Below are positions 52,030 through 62,149 of a DNA stretch of 64,000 nucleotides, in pieces. The notes below the pieces were generated by a model that saw only the letters and a program-made list of their open reading frames with translations, searched no databases and was not told the DNA's origin. Source of the stretch: Nitrosopumilus sp. GTDB taxonomy: Archaea; Thermoproteota; Nitrososphaeria; Nitrososphaerales; Nitrosopumilaceae. The stretch spans positions 192,001 to 256,000 of the forward strand of contig OZ244651.1 in NCBI GenBank assembly GCA_965218695.1, given 5' to 3'. The position numbers were made by a program, and so were the translations under genes. Positions within the stretch are counted from its first letter, which is position 1; every line of letters begins with the position of its first letter.

Positions 52030-52144
52030 TGCCGGGGGCGGGTTTCGAACCCGCGACCTCCAGATTATGAGTATTGCCTTAGTTGGAGAAACCCTGGAGT
52101 TTGCCAATCAAGCTGGCACTCTAACCAGGCTGAGCTACCCCGGC
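52030..52144 (-). tRNA. tRNA-Met(CAT), elongator-type, with a 40-nt intron at position 30/31 (52073-52112)
   Basis: GCCGGGG acceptor; spliced stem CCAGA/TCTGG with loop CTCATAA; BHB central helix TGCC/GGCA with bulges AGC and ATA. Confidence 0.9.
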
Positions 52145-52227
52145 ACGTTACTTGTGTGAATCCATAGGGAATTAAATGCTACGCCGAGCAAGCCGAAGGA
52201 GTCAAAACCTCACTCCATACAACGGAT

Positions 52228-54066
52228 TCATCTGGACATCTCTGACCATTTTGGTTTCTCGTTTTGAACCCACAGGAACTTCTTTTGCAGTGCCGACGTG
52301 TACATCTTCTCCCATTCTACACCCACATGATCAGCCCATGCCTTGAACATGCGGGGATCGATATAGTTTCGAAGGGATGTGCCGAGGTTGTAGTCCTTGG
52401 TCTTCCCTGTCAGGGTGATCTGCAGTTTCATCTTCTCGATCTGCATACCATGTCTTTCCTTCTGCCCTCTGATCTGCTTGTTCAATCTCCTGATTCTTTT
52501 GTTTTTGTTCTTCCTCTGAATGTCGGTTTTTGGTTCACTGTCTTTTACCTGCGTCCGCCTCTTCTCTGTTTTTTCCCATGGCTTTTTTTCCATCCTGATC
52601 TTGAGATTGTCCCTCCTCTTTTGCAGTCCCTTTTCAAACGTCTTGGGGATGGTTCTCTTGTGGTTGCATTTTTTGGCGGCCTCAAGGTTTGCCAGTTTTG
52701 CGTGATGAATCTTTGCATCTACACTCTTTTCTTTTATCGTGTCGTGTTTTGCAAGATAATCCTTGACTGCCTTGGTGGCAAGATAAGTCCTGAACACCTT
52801 GGCAGTCATTCCCGGTACTATTTTTGAATAGTATGCATTGACCCGTCTTGAGGTGATCTTGTCAAAGATCTCATCCTTTGGCTTCTTCTTGCCAATTATC
52901 CTCTTGAGGTTTTCCTGAAACTGCTTGTCATCACCTTCTGCCTTTACCGTCTTCTGCCATTCTACGCTGTCTTTTCCAAGAAAATCAAATTTTACTGCAT
53001 TCTCCGTGATGGTGATATGCTCCTTTCTCAGGGTAGTGGCACCTACCGTGTCTGCCTCGTCAGAATCCTTCTCGTCACCTACCCTCATCGCAGTACTGTA
53101 AATAAGATAGCATACAGTAGCGATTGTACGGGTTTTTTCATCCTTACTTTTCATGTCCCGCACCATCTCTTTCAGTATCTCGCCAATCTCCTTTCCCAGC
53201 GTTGCTACCTTGTCGTACTTTTCCTTGTCCTTGTCCTGCTTTACTCCGGCAGTATCTGCAAGCCACACATACTTTGTGTTCCCTGTAAGGTGATCCGTCC
53301 ACTTGGCAAGCCATGTCGCATCACTCTGGGAGACGATCTTGCCCCAATCTCCCTTGGGCACCTTGGCCTGCTTTCCAAGGTTCAGCGTCACATCCTTGAA
53401 GTCAACCCGTGGTTTCCACCTGCCCCTGAGCGGATGATCGCCCCTTCCGATGAATATTCCGGGTGGCTCTGCCATGTAGTTTGCAATATCCACCTTTTTC
53501 CCGTTCATGATGGCAGTGCCGTATTTCCTTTTCAATTTATCCCGTTCTGCATTCTTTTCTTTTGCACGCGCCTCTCTTTCTTCTTTCTTCTTTTTTGCAC
53601 GCGCCTCTCTTTCTTCTTTTATTTTCTTTGCAAATTCCTCTCTTTCTTCCTTTGTCATCTTTGCCATGGCTTCCTTTTCCTCCTTTCTCTTCTTTATTCG
53701 CGCCTCTTTCTCTTCCTTTCTCTTCTTTATTCGCGCCTCTTTCTCTTCCTCCTTCCTTTTCTCCCGCTCGGCTTTTTCCTCGTCGACTATCCTGTAGGCG
53801 TCTGAAAAATCGATATCCTTGTAGGAGATCTTTCTGAATTCTCGGTTCAGGGTTTTGGCAAAATCCACCGTAAAGTTTTTTTGAAACACACTGTCCTGTA
53901 CGTATGGCGTGTCCTTCTTTTTTGCCCACTGATAAACCATCTCTTCCTGTTCAATGTTCAGGTCTACCTCCTCCCCACGAATCCTTATCTTGATCTGGCG
54001 GGACTCGTATGCCGGCGGGAACCGTATTCCGTTATGCTGTAGGGCTTTCCATTTCATTCTCTTCAA
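52228..54066 (-). CDS. DNA topoisomerase IB (eukaryotic-like)
   Basis: WKALQHNG, EPPGIFIGRGDHP, AMRVGDEK, DFLGKDS, TAKVFRTY, CNH and GTSLRNYIDPR. Confidence 0.95.
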   Translation of the reverse strand: MKRMKWKALQHNGIRFPPAYESRQIKIRIRGEEVDLNIEQEEMVYQWAKKKDTPYVQDSVFQKNFTVDFAKTLNREFRKISYKDIDFSDAYRIVDEEKAEREKRKEEEKEARIKKRKEEKEARIKKRKEEKEAMAKMTKEEREEFAKKIKEEREARAKKKKEEREARAKEKNAERDKLKRKYGTAIMNGKKVDIANYMAEPPGIFIGRGDHPLRGRWKPRVDFKDVTLNLGKQAKVPKGDWGKIVSQSDATWLAKWTDHLTGNTKYVWLADTAGVKQDKDKEKYDKVATLGKEIGEILKEMVRDMKSKDEKTRTIATVCYLIYSTAMRVGDEKDSDEADTVGATTLRKEHITITENAVKFDFLGKDSVEWQKTVKAEGDDKQFQENLKRIIGKKKPKDEIFDKITSRRVNAYYSKIVPGMTAKVFRTYLATKAVKDYLAKHDTIKEKSVDAKIHHAKLANLEAAKKCNHKRTIPKTFEKGLQKRRDNLKIRMEKKPWEKTEKRRTQVKDSEPKTDIQRKNKNKRIRRLNKQIRGQKERHGMQIEKMKLQITLTGKTKDYNLGTSLRNYIDPRMFKAWADHVGVEWEKMYTSALQKKFLWVQNEKPKWSEMSR

Positions 54067-54371
54067 TTTCGATCCTGTGTATGTATATCAACTTACCGTA
54101 AAACGTCAAAATAACGCATGGTTGTTCCACAAGTGGCAGAAACCTTGATGTGTCGTGGTAGCATGCCTGAAGATGCATGCTGGATCAAATTGCATCACAT
54201 CATGATGCAGTGCATCCAATTCTGACACCATACGAGTTCATCCTGCTGTGGAAAAATATCCAAAATGGCGTGTTTTTCTGGTCGTTACACATATCATGTA
54301 AAATTCATGTATGTGTCTGTTGTTGGATTTTCCGTGTCTACAAATCAGATTGAGCTATTTTTCCCGTGGTG

Positions 54372-55199
54372 CTATCTGGGAAAGAGCTCCTTGCTCATGT
54401 ATTCTTCAAACTCCAAATCCGTCTTTTCCTCCTTTGCCTGCATGAACATGGCCGCATCTGTCCCTATAAGGTATCTTGGCAGCATCTTTTGATCATGAAT
54501 CGCCTTTAGGACGGTCGCTGCAACCTGTGCAGGCGGCGTCCCCATATCTATCATCATTTTTAGACCCATCTGTATGTGGTCAGTAAGTTTCTTGTACCTG
54601 GGATCCTTGCTCGAGTCCGGCGTTTTCATGGCCTCAAGAAAGTTTGTCTTGACCACTCCTGGCTCAATCAGCGTTGTCCTAATTCCAAACTGGCCAAGTT
54701 CATACCTGAGACATTCCCCCAACCCCTCAAGCGCAAACTTTGAACTGATGTATGCCGGAAAGCCGGGCAGGCCCATTCTTCCTGCAACCGAACTGATGTT
54801 TACTATGTCCCCTGAACCCTGTCTTCTCATGACCGGGGCTACCTCCTGGATGATCCGTACAATGCCAAAAAAATTCGTCTCAAACTGCTTTCTAAAATCA
54901 TCCGTTGATATCTCTTCTGTGCATCCAAACTGTGCATATCCGGCATTATTTACCAGCACATCGATCCTCTGGCAGTCATCCAGGATCTTTCCAATTGCAG
55001 ACACCACCGATTTCTCCTTGGTTACATCCATCTCGATGATGTTGATTGGAAGGCCCTCATTTACGGCAGATTCCAGTCCCGAGGATTTCTTGGTATCCCT
55101 CATGCTTGCAAATGTTTTGTATCCGTCTCTTGCAAGTGCCAACGCCGTCTCTAATCCTATGCCTGATGAACTTCCTGTTACAAGGGCTATCTTTTCCAT
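54372..55199 (-). CDS. Short-chain dehydrogenase/reductase
   Basis: TGSSSGIG, NNAG and YISSK. Confidence 0.93.
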   Translation of the reverse strand: MEKIALVTGSSSGIGLETALALARDGYKTFASMRDTKKSSGLESAVNEGLPINIIEMDVTKEKSVVSAIGKILDDCQRIDVLVNNAGYAQFGCTEEISTDDFRKQFETNFFGIVRIIQEVAPVMRRQGSGDIVNISSVAGRMGLPGFPAYISSKFALEGLGECLRYELGQFGIRTTLIEPGVVKTNFLEAMKTPDSSKDPRYKKLTDHIQMGLKMMIDMGTPPAQVAATVLKAIHDQKMLPRYLIGTDAAMFMQAKEEKTDLEFEEYMSKELFPR

Positions 55200-55350
55200 G
55201 GATATGCTGTTACCTTGCCATATTTATGCTGTTTTGGATTGTTGCAGCACGATACTGTCTGTCACGTATGCCCTTTGGATGTTGTGTGTCCCATGAATTA
55301 ATCCCAGCCAAGTTCCGTCCAAGACATGTTTTCCAGACTATCAATGACTA

Positions 55351-56438
55351 TAGTGTCAATCAAAAGTCTTCTACGTCAGTCTGAGCGTAACATTTTTTGA
55401 TCACTCCGCACTACCGCCCACATGGATGAAAAAAGCAAAAAGCTGTTAATCCAGGCCTACAAGAAAGAGAAGAGGGGAACCATAAAGGACAGGATCCACG
55501 CCGTCTGCATGGTCAAGATCAGGGGGCTGGGCGTATCCGAGGTGGCATCACTGTGCTTTTGCGACCCGCACACTGTCACAAGCTGGGTCCGGCATTTTGA
55601 TAGCGAGGGTCTTGCAGGCCTGGAAGACAGGCCCCGCCCGGGCAGGCCGCCCAAGGTCGGGCTTGAGAAGATTGCGGGGCTTGCAGCAAGGACTGGCAGC
55701 ATCACAACTCCAAAGCAGCTCAAAGAAAACATACGCAAAGAATTCAAGGTGACATACCACATTTCAAACGTCACAAAGATAATGCACAGGCTTGGCCTGT
55801 CTGCCAAGACGGCCCGGCGCATCCACGTCAACAGGCCAGAGATCAAAAAGATCAGGCAGTGGCAGCGCAACGCCAAAAGGCGGATTTCACGCCTGCAAGA
55901 GAAGGGTTTTCTCCCAGTCGTCTTTGACGAGGCCATATTTGTAGACGATCCGGCATCGGGCGTAAAGTATTGGTCGCCAGAAGGCGAGCCGATTGTCACG
56001 ACATACAAGGGACGGCACGGAAAGGTGGTGGCATACGGTTCCATTGTAACAGACGGCAGGCAGTTCTTCAGGACGCATGAAAAATTTGACAAGGAGACGG
56101 TCCTGCAGTATCTCAAGGATCTGGTCAGGCATTTTGGAAAGGTGGTCGTAATCATGGATAATGCGCCACAACACAAGTCAAGGATCGTGATGAAATTTCT
56201 AAAGGAAAATCCCGACATCAAGGTCATGTGGCTTCCAGCTGCAACGCCCGAGCTTAGCGGCGTGGAGGAGTACTGGCACCAGGCAAAACGTAACGTGCTG
56301 GTGTCCGAGTACTATGCCACGATAGTGCAGATGCGCAACGCGATGTCGGAGTATTTCAGGACCGCGCGTCCAAGGATTGACGTAATGGAGTTTATCTGTA
56401 GAAAGTCCCTAAATGTAAAAAACTTTTGATCGACACTA
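55351..56438 (+). mobile_element. IS630-family element
   Basis: TIR TAGTGTCAATCAAAAGT / ACTTTTGATCGACACTA; TA duplication. Confidence 0.9.
55422..56429 (+). CDS. IS630-family transposase
   Basis: GRPPK, FDEA, MDNAPQH and PELSGVEEYW. Confidence 0.93.
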   Translation: MDEKSKKLLIQAYKKEKRGTIKDRIHAVCMVKIRGLGVSEVASLCFCDPHTVTSWVRHFDSEGLAGLEDRPRPGRPPKVGLEKIAGLAARTGSITTPKQLKENIRKEFKVTYHISNVTKIMHRLGLSAKTARRIHVNRPEIKKIRQWQRNAKRRISRLQEKGFLPVVFDEAIFVDDPASGVKYWSPEGEPIVTTYKGRHGKVVAYGSIVTDGRQFFRTHEKFDKETVLQYLKDLVRHFGKVVVIMDNAPQHKSRIVMKFLKENPDIKVMWLPAATPELSGVEEYWHQAKRNVLVSEYYATIVQMRNAMSEYFRTARPRIDVMEFICRKSLNVKNF

Positions 56439-56577
56439 TATATGAAGGCAGTCTGTCAAAGCCAGCAGGTCTGATGTTGGTATGATTTCAAGTTCAAGTG
56501 CGGTTTTACGAGTCTGGTATTTGATACAAGCCCGCACCGCTGCAAAAACCGCGACTTGTCCCTTTAGAGGATGAAAA

Positions 56578-57375
56578 ATGAGGACGGCTTTTTATATAAT
56601 TATCCCGGTAGCGATATTTTCAATAGTGTTTGTCAATGCGCTTTTTGGCCATTTGATTTTTGCATCAGACGCCTCTCAGGCAACCAGCAAGTATTCGGTG
56701 TATGTGCATTTGTTGACTGAATGGGGCAGCAACTCCAAAAATATTATTTTTGACGTAACAAATTCCTGGTACCGGTCAGGCAATAACGCTGATCGGGATC
56801 TTGTATTTGATGCAGAATCCAAAGAGTATAACGCAAACAATCTTCAAGAAATACATGAAAAATCATACGTCGAGCTAAAGCACGAATTTAGTGACTGCAA
56901 GGAGGAATGGCAGCCGGTGCTATACCGGAGGGCAGTGGACGCCGTGCAGCATGGAATTGAATATGTCCGGGGAAGTCAGCTAAGCACAGATCCCGGCATT
57001 TCAGTTTATCCAGACGTTGATAATGCCAATTATGACAACCTTGAGCAGCAATCAAAAATTAAAAACGGATACCTGCAGTTTCTCCCAATATGCACATCCA
57101 AAAGTAACACGTCCTATGACTATAGCATAAGGACAGACAACGGAGATGTTGGGTTCGATGTATATTTTGTCCCGTCCCCGGCACAGGTTGAAACATTTTC
57201 CAGTCCTGATTTTGAGCACTACTCCGAGCCTGGTTGCTATGGACAAAACAAGCAGAGCTATAGCGGCACATGCCATAACATTCAAAGAAATGGCGGCCTG
57301 CTGGTAATACTTCCGGACGAACTCAGGCCATCTACCACAAAAGTCACTGTAAACATGTATGAAAAAGACCAGTGA
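56578..57375 (+). CDS. Hypothetical secreted or membrane-anchored protein
   Basis: N-terminal hydrophobic helix; 265-aa ORF. Confidence 0.75.
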   Translation: MRTAFYIIIPVAIFSIVFVNALFGHLIFASDASQATSKYSVYVHLLTEWGSNSKNIIFDVTNSWYRSGNNADRDLVFDAESKEYNANNLQEIHEKSYVELKHEFSDCKEEWQPVLYRRAVDAVQHGIEYVRGSQLSTDPGISVYPDVDNANYDNLEQQSKIKNGYLQFLPICTSKSNTSYDYSIRTDNGDVGFDVYFVPSPAQVETFSSPDFEHYSEPGCYGQNKQSYSGTCHNIQRNGGLLVILPDELRPSTTKVTVNMYEKDQ

Positions 57376-57550
57376 TGCAGGCAGTCATTTTATTGTTCAT
57401 GGCCCAACTCTAAATGATGTGGAAAATGGCAGTAAGTTTGACTACAGCGCAGGCGTCAACAGCATAACATGATAAAAAAATTCGACATTCTTTTTTATTT
57501 TTTTATATTAATATTTTTAAAAATGGAAGCATGTTTGGGAATATTCCTGC

Positions 57551-60049
57551 TCATACCAGAGGCCTCTCTCCTTCAACAGGCTCGACAATCTTTGTCTCCT
57601 CCCCGCCAATAATCCTCTCAAGAATCTCCCGTGACGCATTCTTGTGCAGGTACTCGTTGTTGTTTCCGCATCTGTATGAGAACGTGCAGCGGGGGCACCC
57701 TGACTCTGCCTTGCATGGGCACTCCCCCACGATGGCAAGTCCCCTCCTGAGCACCTTCTCAAACCTGTCATAGAGGGCCTTGCTGGCACCGCTGCCCCCC
57801 ACCGCCCCGTCATATACAAAAATCAGACCCGACGTACCCAGCGATATGCCGCCAAGATCCTGGGAAACCCCCCCGGTAATCATGTTGCCTCCCTCAATCA
57901 CCACATGCTCTGTCGCATGGTATCCGCTGGCCTCTACATACTCTGGATTCTCTGCAGTGCCGGCGGATTTGACGGGCCTTGGAGCATGAAAGACGATTCC
58001 CTTTGTGACAAAGTCATACTCGATGGGTTCATCGAGCAGAAACTTTTCCCCCTGACCGACCTCTTCGCCAAATCTGATCCTGACATACCCGTAGACTGTC
58101 TTTTTGATGTGCAGCCTGCAGAATGCAACCTCGATGCCGTACGCATTCCTCCTCTCCATGACCATCCTGATCGTGGGCCATTCCTCGGTAAGCGCCCTTG
58201 TGTAGTACGGGTAATCCCAGGTAATCCTCTCCAGCCTGGCGTGCCTCCCGGCAGCATCAAATTCACTTACCCTGTACTTGGTGCCTGCCAGAAGATAGAT
58301 GGCATCCTTGTGCAGCTCCCCCAGCGCAATCGGAAGTGCCCTCTCTCCCACCTTTTTGCCATCCAAAAGTATGTCTACTGACTCCCCAATCCCCCTGATG
58401 CTGTACTGCGCCAGCTGCCGAATCCTGTTCGGAACCGGAAGTACCCTGTCGTTGGAAACTTTGAGATTCCCCCTCATGATGTGGCTTTCTATGACATCCC
58501 TGTGCTCTGCCATCCCGCGTACCGATATTGGCATGTCGCAGGCCATGGCCAGTATCTGAAACTCCTCTATGAACGGGTTGTCCGGATCAACGTAGATCCT
58601 CTCGATGTCCTCAAAGTAGTCATCAGAATGATTCCTATAGTACTGGGAGATGGGATCATTTCCAAGCACCAGGAACGCGTACCCGCGCTGCCCCTTTCTT
58701 GCCGATCTCCCTATTCTCTGGATCAGCCTGTTTACCGGTACTGCCGATGAGACCACACAGTCAACATCCCCAATGTCTATGCCAAGTTCCAGCGTGGGGG
58801 TGCACGATATTGCCTGCAGGCTGCCATCCCTGAACTGTTGCTCGACTGCCCTCCTGTAGCCCGACATCAGGCCCGCCCTGTGAACCCTTATGTCGATCTT
58901 TTTTCGCTGCGCCTGAATCGCCAGCAGTTCGGCGTTCAGGTGGGAGTTGCTGAAGATCATCGTCTTGTGGTGCTGCTTTGTCATCTTTTTTGCAATATCC
59001 GTCATCAGGTTTCTCTGTGACATGAGGGACGGAAACAGCATTGCAAAGTCTATGCCTCCCCTTCTTCCTGCGCCGCAGATAACACGCATCTCTTGGCCAA
59101 ACAACTGACTGCAAAACTCTTCGGAGTTTTCAAGGGTTGCAGATGCTGCCACGATCTGCAGTTTGTTCCTGCATATTCTCCTGAACCTCTTTATGATGTA
59201 GTGCACGTTTGAGCCAAAGATTCCAGAGTAGACATGCGCCTCATCAACCACAAGAATCCTGGCTGATGCCAGAAGCGATGCAAACCTAGTATGCCTCCAC
59301 ATGTGGTAGTGTAGCACGTCAAAGTTTGTCACTATTATTTTGGGAGAATTCTTGATGATTCTGATTCTGTCTACTTGTGCAGTATCCCCGTCAAACACCT
59401 CTGCGCTAATCCCCATTGCCCCTGCAAGCTCCCGAATCTTTGTAATCTGATCGCGTGCAAGCGCCTTTGTGGGATATACAAACACCGCAAAGACTCCCGT
59501 GCCTGCCTCCCCTGCAACCCTCTGTATTGTGGGAACCATGAACGCCTCGGTCTTGCCTGACGCGGTGGGTGCCTCAATGACCACGCTCTGTCCTGCCATG
59601 ATCCCTGTGATCGCCTCCTCCTGAAACCTGTAAAACCTCTCTATTCCCCTTTCTGCCAGATGCCTGCAGATGGGCTCACTCAGGCCCGACTCGTTCACAC
59701 TGACACCCATGTCCGGTTCGGGACCTGTCATGTCCCTATACTGCGCCACATAGTACCTGCGCGAGAAGAGTATCCCCCTGACTGTCTCGTCTGGCTCGGA
59801 GTCTCTGATCATTGCAGCAACCTCTTCCCTGCTTCTGATCATCTCAAGCTCTTCAAACTTCTGCCCAGCCCCGTCTGTGACCAGTCCTTGGTCAAACCTT
59901 GCAAGAAACTCCAGAAATATCTCATCTGTACTCCCTAACGGTTCAACCATGTCTCCGATTCCGCAACTGCTGCATGAGACGTGCATCATCTTGTTGAATG
60001 TCTTTTGAATATCCATTCCTGATCTGCATTTGGGACAGGCAAACTTCAC
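57551..60049 (-). CDS. DEAH-box helicase with C-terminal DUF1998-like Zn domain (Hrq1/SftH-like); start reassigned to GTG 60049
   Basis: APTASGKT, DEAH, SAT, TLELGIDIG, QRIGRSAR and CPC...GCPRC. Confidence 0.9.
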   Translation of the reverse strand: MKFACPKCRSGMDIQKTFNKMMHVSCSSCGIGDMVEPLGSTDEIFLEFLARFDQGLVTDGAGQKFEELEMIRSREEVAAMIRDSEPDETVRGILFSRRYYVAQYRDMTGPEPDMGVSVNESGLSEPICRHLAERGIERFYRFQEEAITGIMAGQSVVIEAPTASGKTEAFMVPTIQRVAGEAGTGVFAVFVYPTKALARDQITKIRELAGAMGISAEVFDGDTAQVDRIRIIKNSPKIIVTNFDVLHYHMWRHTRFASLLASARILVVDEAHVYSGIFGSNVHYIIKRFRRICRNKLQIVAASATLENSEEFCSQLFGQEMRVICGAGRRGGIDFAMLFPSLMSQRNLMTDIAKKMTKQHHKTMIFSNSHLNAELLAIQAQRKKIDIRVHRAGLMSGYRRAVEQQFRDGSLQAISCTPTLELGIDIGDVDCVVSSAVPVNRLIQRIGRSARKGQRGYAFLVLGNDPISQYYRNHSDDYFEDIERIYVDPDNPFIEEFQILAMACDMPISVRGMAEHRDVIESHIMRGNLKVSNDRVLPVPNRIRQLAQYSIRGIGESVDILLDGKKVGERALPIALGELHKDAIYLLAGTKYRVSEFDAAGRHARLERITWDYPYYTRALTEEWPTIRMVMERRNAYGIEVAFCRLHIKKTVYGYVRIRFGEEVGQGEKFLLDEPIEYDFVTKGIVFHAPRPVKSAGTAENPEYVEASGYHATEHVVIEGGNMITGGVSQDLGGISLGTSGLIFVYDGAVGGSGASKALYDRFEKVLRRGLAIVGECPCKAESGCPRCTFSYRCGNNNEYLHKNASREILERIIGGEETKIVEPVEGERPLV

Positions 60050-60087
60050 AATATGTGCAGGCAGGGACTGATTTATTGCTATATCTG

Positions 60088-61300
60088 GGGTGTGTCCTAG
60101 TAATAAAAAATGCCATTTCATGTGCCAGGATGCCAAAGACATGATTGGTGCCAGAACCCGTCGACACCAACAGTGCCGCACCATTAATCCCCCACAACCC
60201 ATAAAATCCCCCAAATCCAAGACACTGTGCGGAGGCTCCGCTAGGAGGCGCGTGTCAAGACGCGCCGGTTACGCTGCAAGTGTTGCGATTTGATCCTGTG
60301 TGAGCCTGCCGTCTTTTGCCTGCAATCTGGCCACGAGCTCGACGTTGTAGCACATGACACGGATCGCAGTCTCCCTTCTCCGGTTCTCGTGTTTTCGGCA
60401 CCTGGTGCTGTCCCCGTACATCTTCTTGAGGGCTGCAAAGACTGCCTCGATGATGCTGCGCTGGTGGTACTGCGAGTCAAACCTGTCCTTGTCATCCATG
60501 TACAGGCTTACCATTTCGCGCCACGACTGACTTCCCCTGGCGTTGCGTATGGTGTTGGATTTTGGCTTGATGCGGGGCACCATTCCCATCGCAGATATCA
60601 TGTTGCACATGAGCCTTGCCAGGTATGCAGAATCCAGGCAAAAGTCACCGGTGCCTAGGCCGAGCCTGCCGAGCATCGCGTACAGCCCGTTTATGTCTGC
60701 CACCGCGCTGTCAGTTGCCATGCAGTCGATTATCACCCTGGTGCGTATGTCCACGATTGCGTGCAGCTTGACCCATCCCTTTCTGGTACGAAAACTGTCG
60801 GTCCTGACGTTAAACCACCTGACAAACCGCAGGTACGAGTACCCGGTACTGTCTGCTGCCAAGGAGCCTGTCCCCACCTCCCTGATGGCAATCCGGTGTG
60901 TCTCTGCCAGATACCATTCCGGGATCAGGCCGTAGGCGCGTGCTATCGTGCTCTTGGAGGGAATTCTGTCCAGGCCCATCCTGGCTGCCATGACGCTGTT
61001 ACTTCGGAGAATGCCGACCATCTTGCGGTAGGTCGTGCGCTGTGCCTCAAGCATGATGCAGACAGCTGCCATGGCGCCAGGCGGGTATGCCGTCATGCCG
61101 CCCAAGCCGGGCCAGACGGCGTACGGATCCCCAAGCTCTTTGATTATCCCCAGCACGGTATTCAGCATGAGGCCCGGCATGTACTGCTGAACCAGATCGT
61201 ACTGTCGTTGGTCGCGTTTCTTTGTAGTCATTAGGCGATGCCGTGATCTGCCGATCCATATCTTTTGTCATCCTAGAGTATATCTCTCTAGGACACACCC
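60088..61300 (-). mobile_element. 1213-bp IS5-like element, copy D
   Basis: Same TIRs; 9-bp TSD CTATATCTG. Confidence 0.93.
60269..61231 (-). CDS. IS5/IS4-type DDE transposase (320 aa)
   Basis: Paralogue of 7805-8767. Confidence 0.92.
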   Translation of the reverse strand: MTTKKRDQRQYDLVQQYMPGLMLNTVLGIIKELGDPYAVWPGLGGMTAYPPGAMAAVCIMLEAQRTTYRKMVGILRSNSVMAARMGLDRIPSKSTIARAYGLIPEWYLAETHRIAIREVGTGSLAADSTGYSYLRFVRWFNVRTDSFRTRKGWVKLHAIVDIRTRVIIDCMATDSAVADINGLYAMLGRLGLGTGDFCLDSAYLARLMCNMISAMGMVPRIKPKSNTIRNARGSQSWREMVSLYMDDKDRFDSQYHQRSIIEAVFAALKKMYGDSTRCRKHENRRRETAIRVMCYNVELVARLQAKDGRLTQDQIATLAA

Positions 61301-61338
61301 CTATATCTGCCATCATTTATTAGACAAGAGCAGATTCC

Positions 61339-62118
61339 TTGAATCTAAAAATGGTAGAGATTAAGACCAACTGCATCTACAACATGGACTGCGTTGATGG
61401 CATGGCAATGATTCCTGACGGCATGATTGATCTCGTCATTACGGATCCCCCGTTTGCCATAAGGTTTGGTGGAAGAAAGGCAAACTACAACCGGCTACCA
61501 TCAAGGGTGCTCTCCGGATACAGCGAGATCAAGGCCGATGACTATTACCGTTTTACCCGCGAATGGATGACCCAGGCATTCCGGATCCTCAAGGATTCTG
61601 GAAGCATGTACGTCTTTTCAGGCTGGAACAACCTCAAGGACGTTCTTCAGGCACTTGACGATGTGGGGTTTGTAACTGTCAACCACATCATATGGAAGTA
61701 CCAGTTTGGGGTAGTCACCAAAAGGAGGTTTGTGACCTCCCACTACCACTGCCTCTTTGTCTGCAAGGACGACTCCAAGAAGCAATTCTATCCGTTCTCC
61801 AGATTCGGCAAGGACCAAAGGGAGGACGGGCGGAGCCTTCACTATAGGGACAAGGAGGATGTCTGGGAGATCAAGAGGGAGTATTGGAGTGGTTCTGAAA
61901 AGACCCCGACCAAGCTGCCTGCAGATCTGATAAAAAAGATACTGGCATACTCTAGCCAGGAACAGGACACTGTACTGGATCCGTTTCTTGGTTCCGGACA
62001 GGTTGCAGTCGTAAGCAAGTCATGCGGCAGGAATTTTGTGGGCTTTGAGATAGTCCCGGAATATTACCGGTTTGCCAAAAGGAGGCTTGACGAGAACCTG
62101 TACAAGATAGACTCATGA
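61339..62118 (+). CDS. N4/N6 DNA methyltransferase, beta-class motif order (start may be ATG 61351)
   Basis: TDPPF before VLDPFLGSG; no restriction endonuclease adjacent. Confidence 0.9.
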   Translation: MNLKMVEIKTNCIYNMDCVDGMAMIPDGMIDLVITDPPFAIRFGGRKANYNRLPSRVLSGYSEIKADDYYRFTREWMTQAFRILKDSGSMYVFSGWNNLKDVLQALDDVGFVTVNHIIWKYQFGVVTKRRFVTSHYHCLFVCKDDSKKQFYPFSRFGKDQREDGRSLHYRDKEDVWEIKREYWSGSEKTPTKLPADLIKKILAYSSQEQDTVLDPFLGSGQVAVVSKSCGRNFVGFEIVPEYYRFAKRRLDENLYKIDS

Positions 62119-62149
62119 CAAGACACCACTACCACCGCCCATGATGGAT

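Noticed and set aside
57470-57530. Very AT-rich tract as a replication origin
   Set aside because: It lies between convergent genes with no ORB repeats or cdc6 visible; more consistent with T-rich terminators.
57551-60220. Long N-terminal ORF-track extensions (also 20506-21786, 15565-16410, 42319-43380, 39488-40702, 45612-45974)
   Set aside because: The extensions run through IS ends or overlap neighbouring genes; starts were reassigned to the conserved domains.
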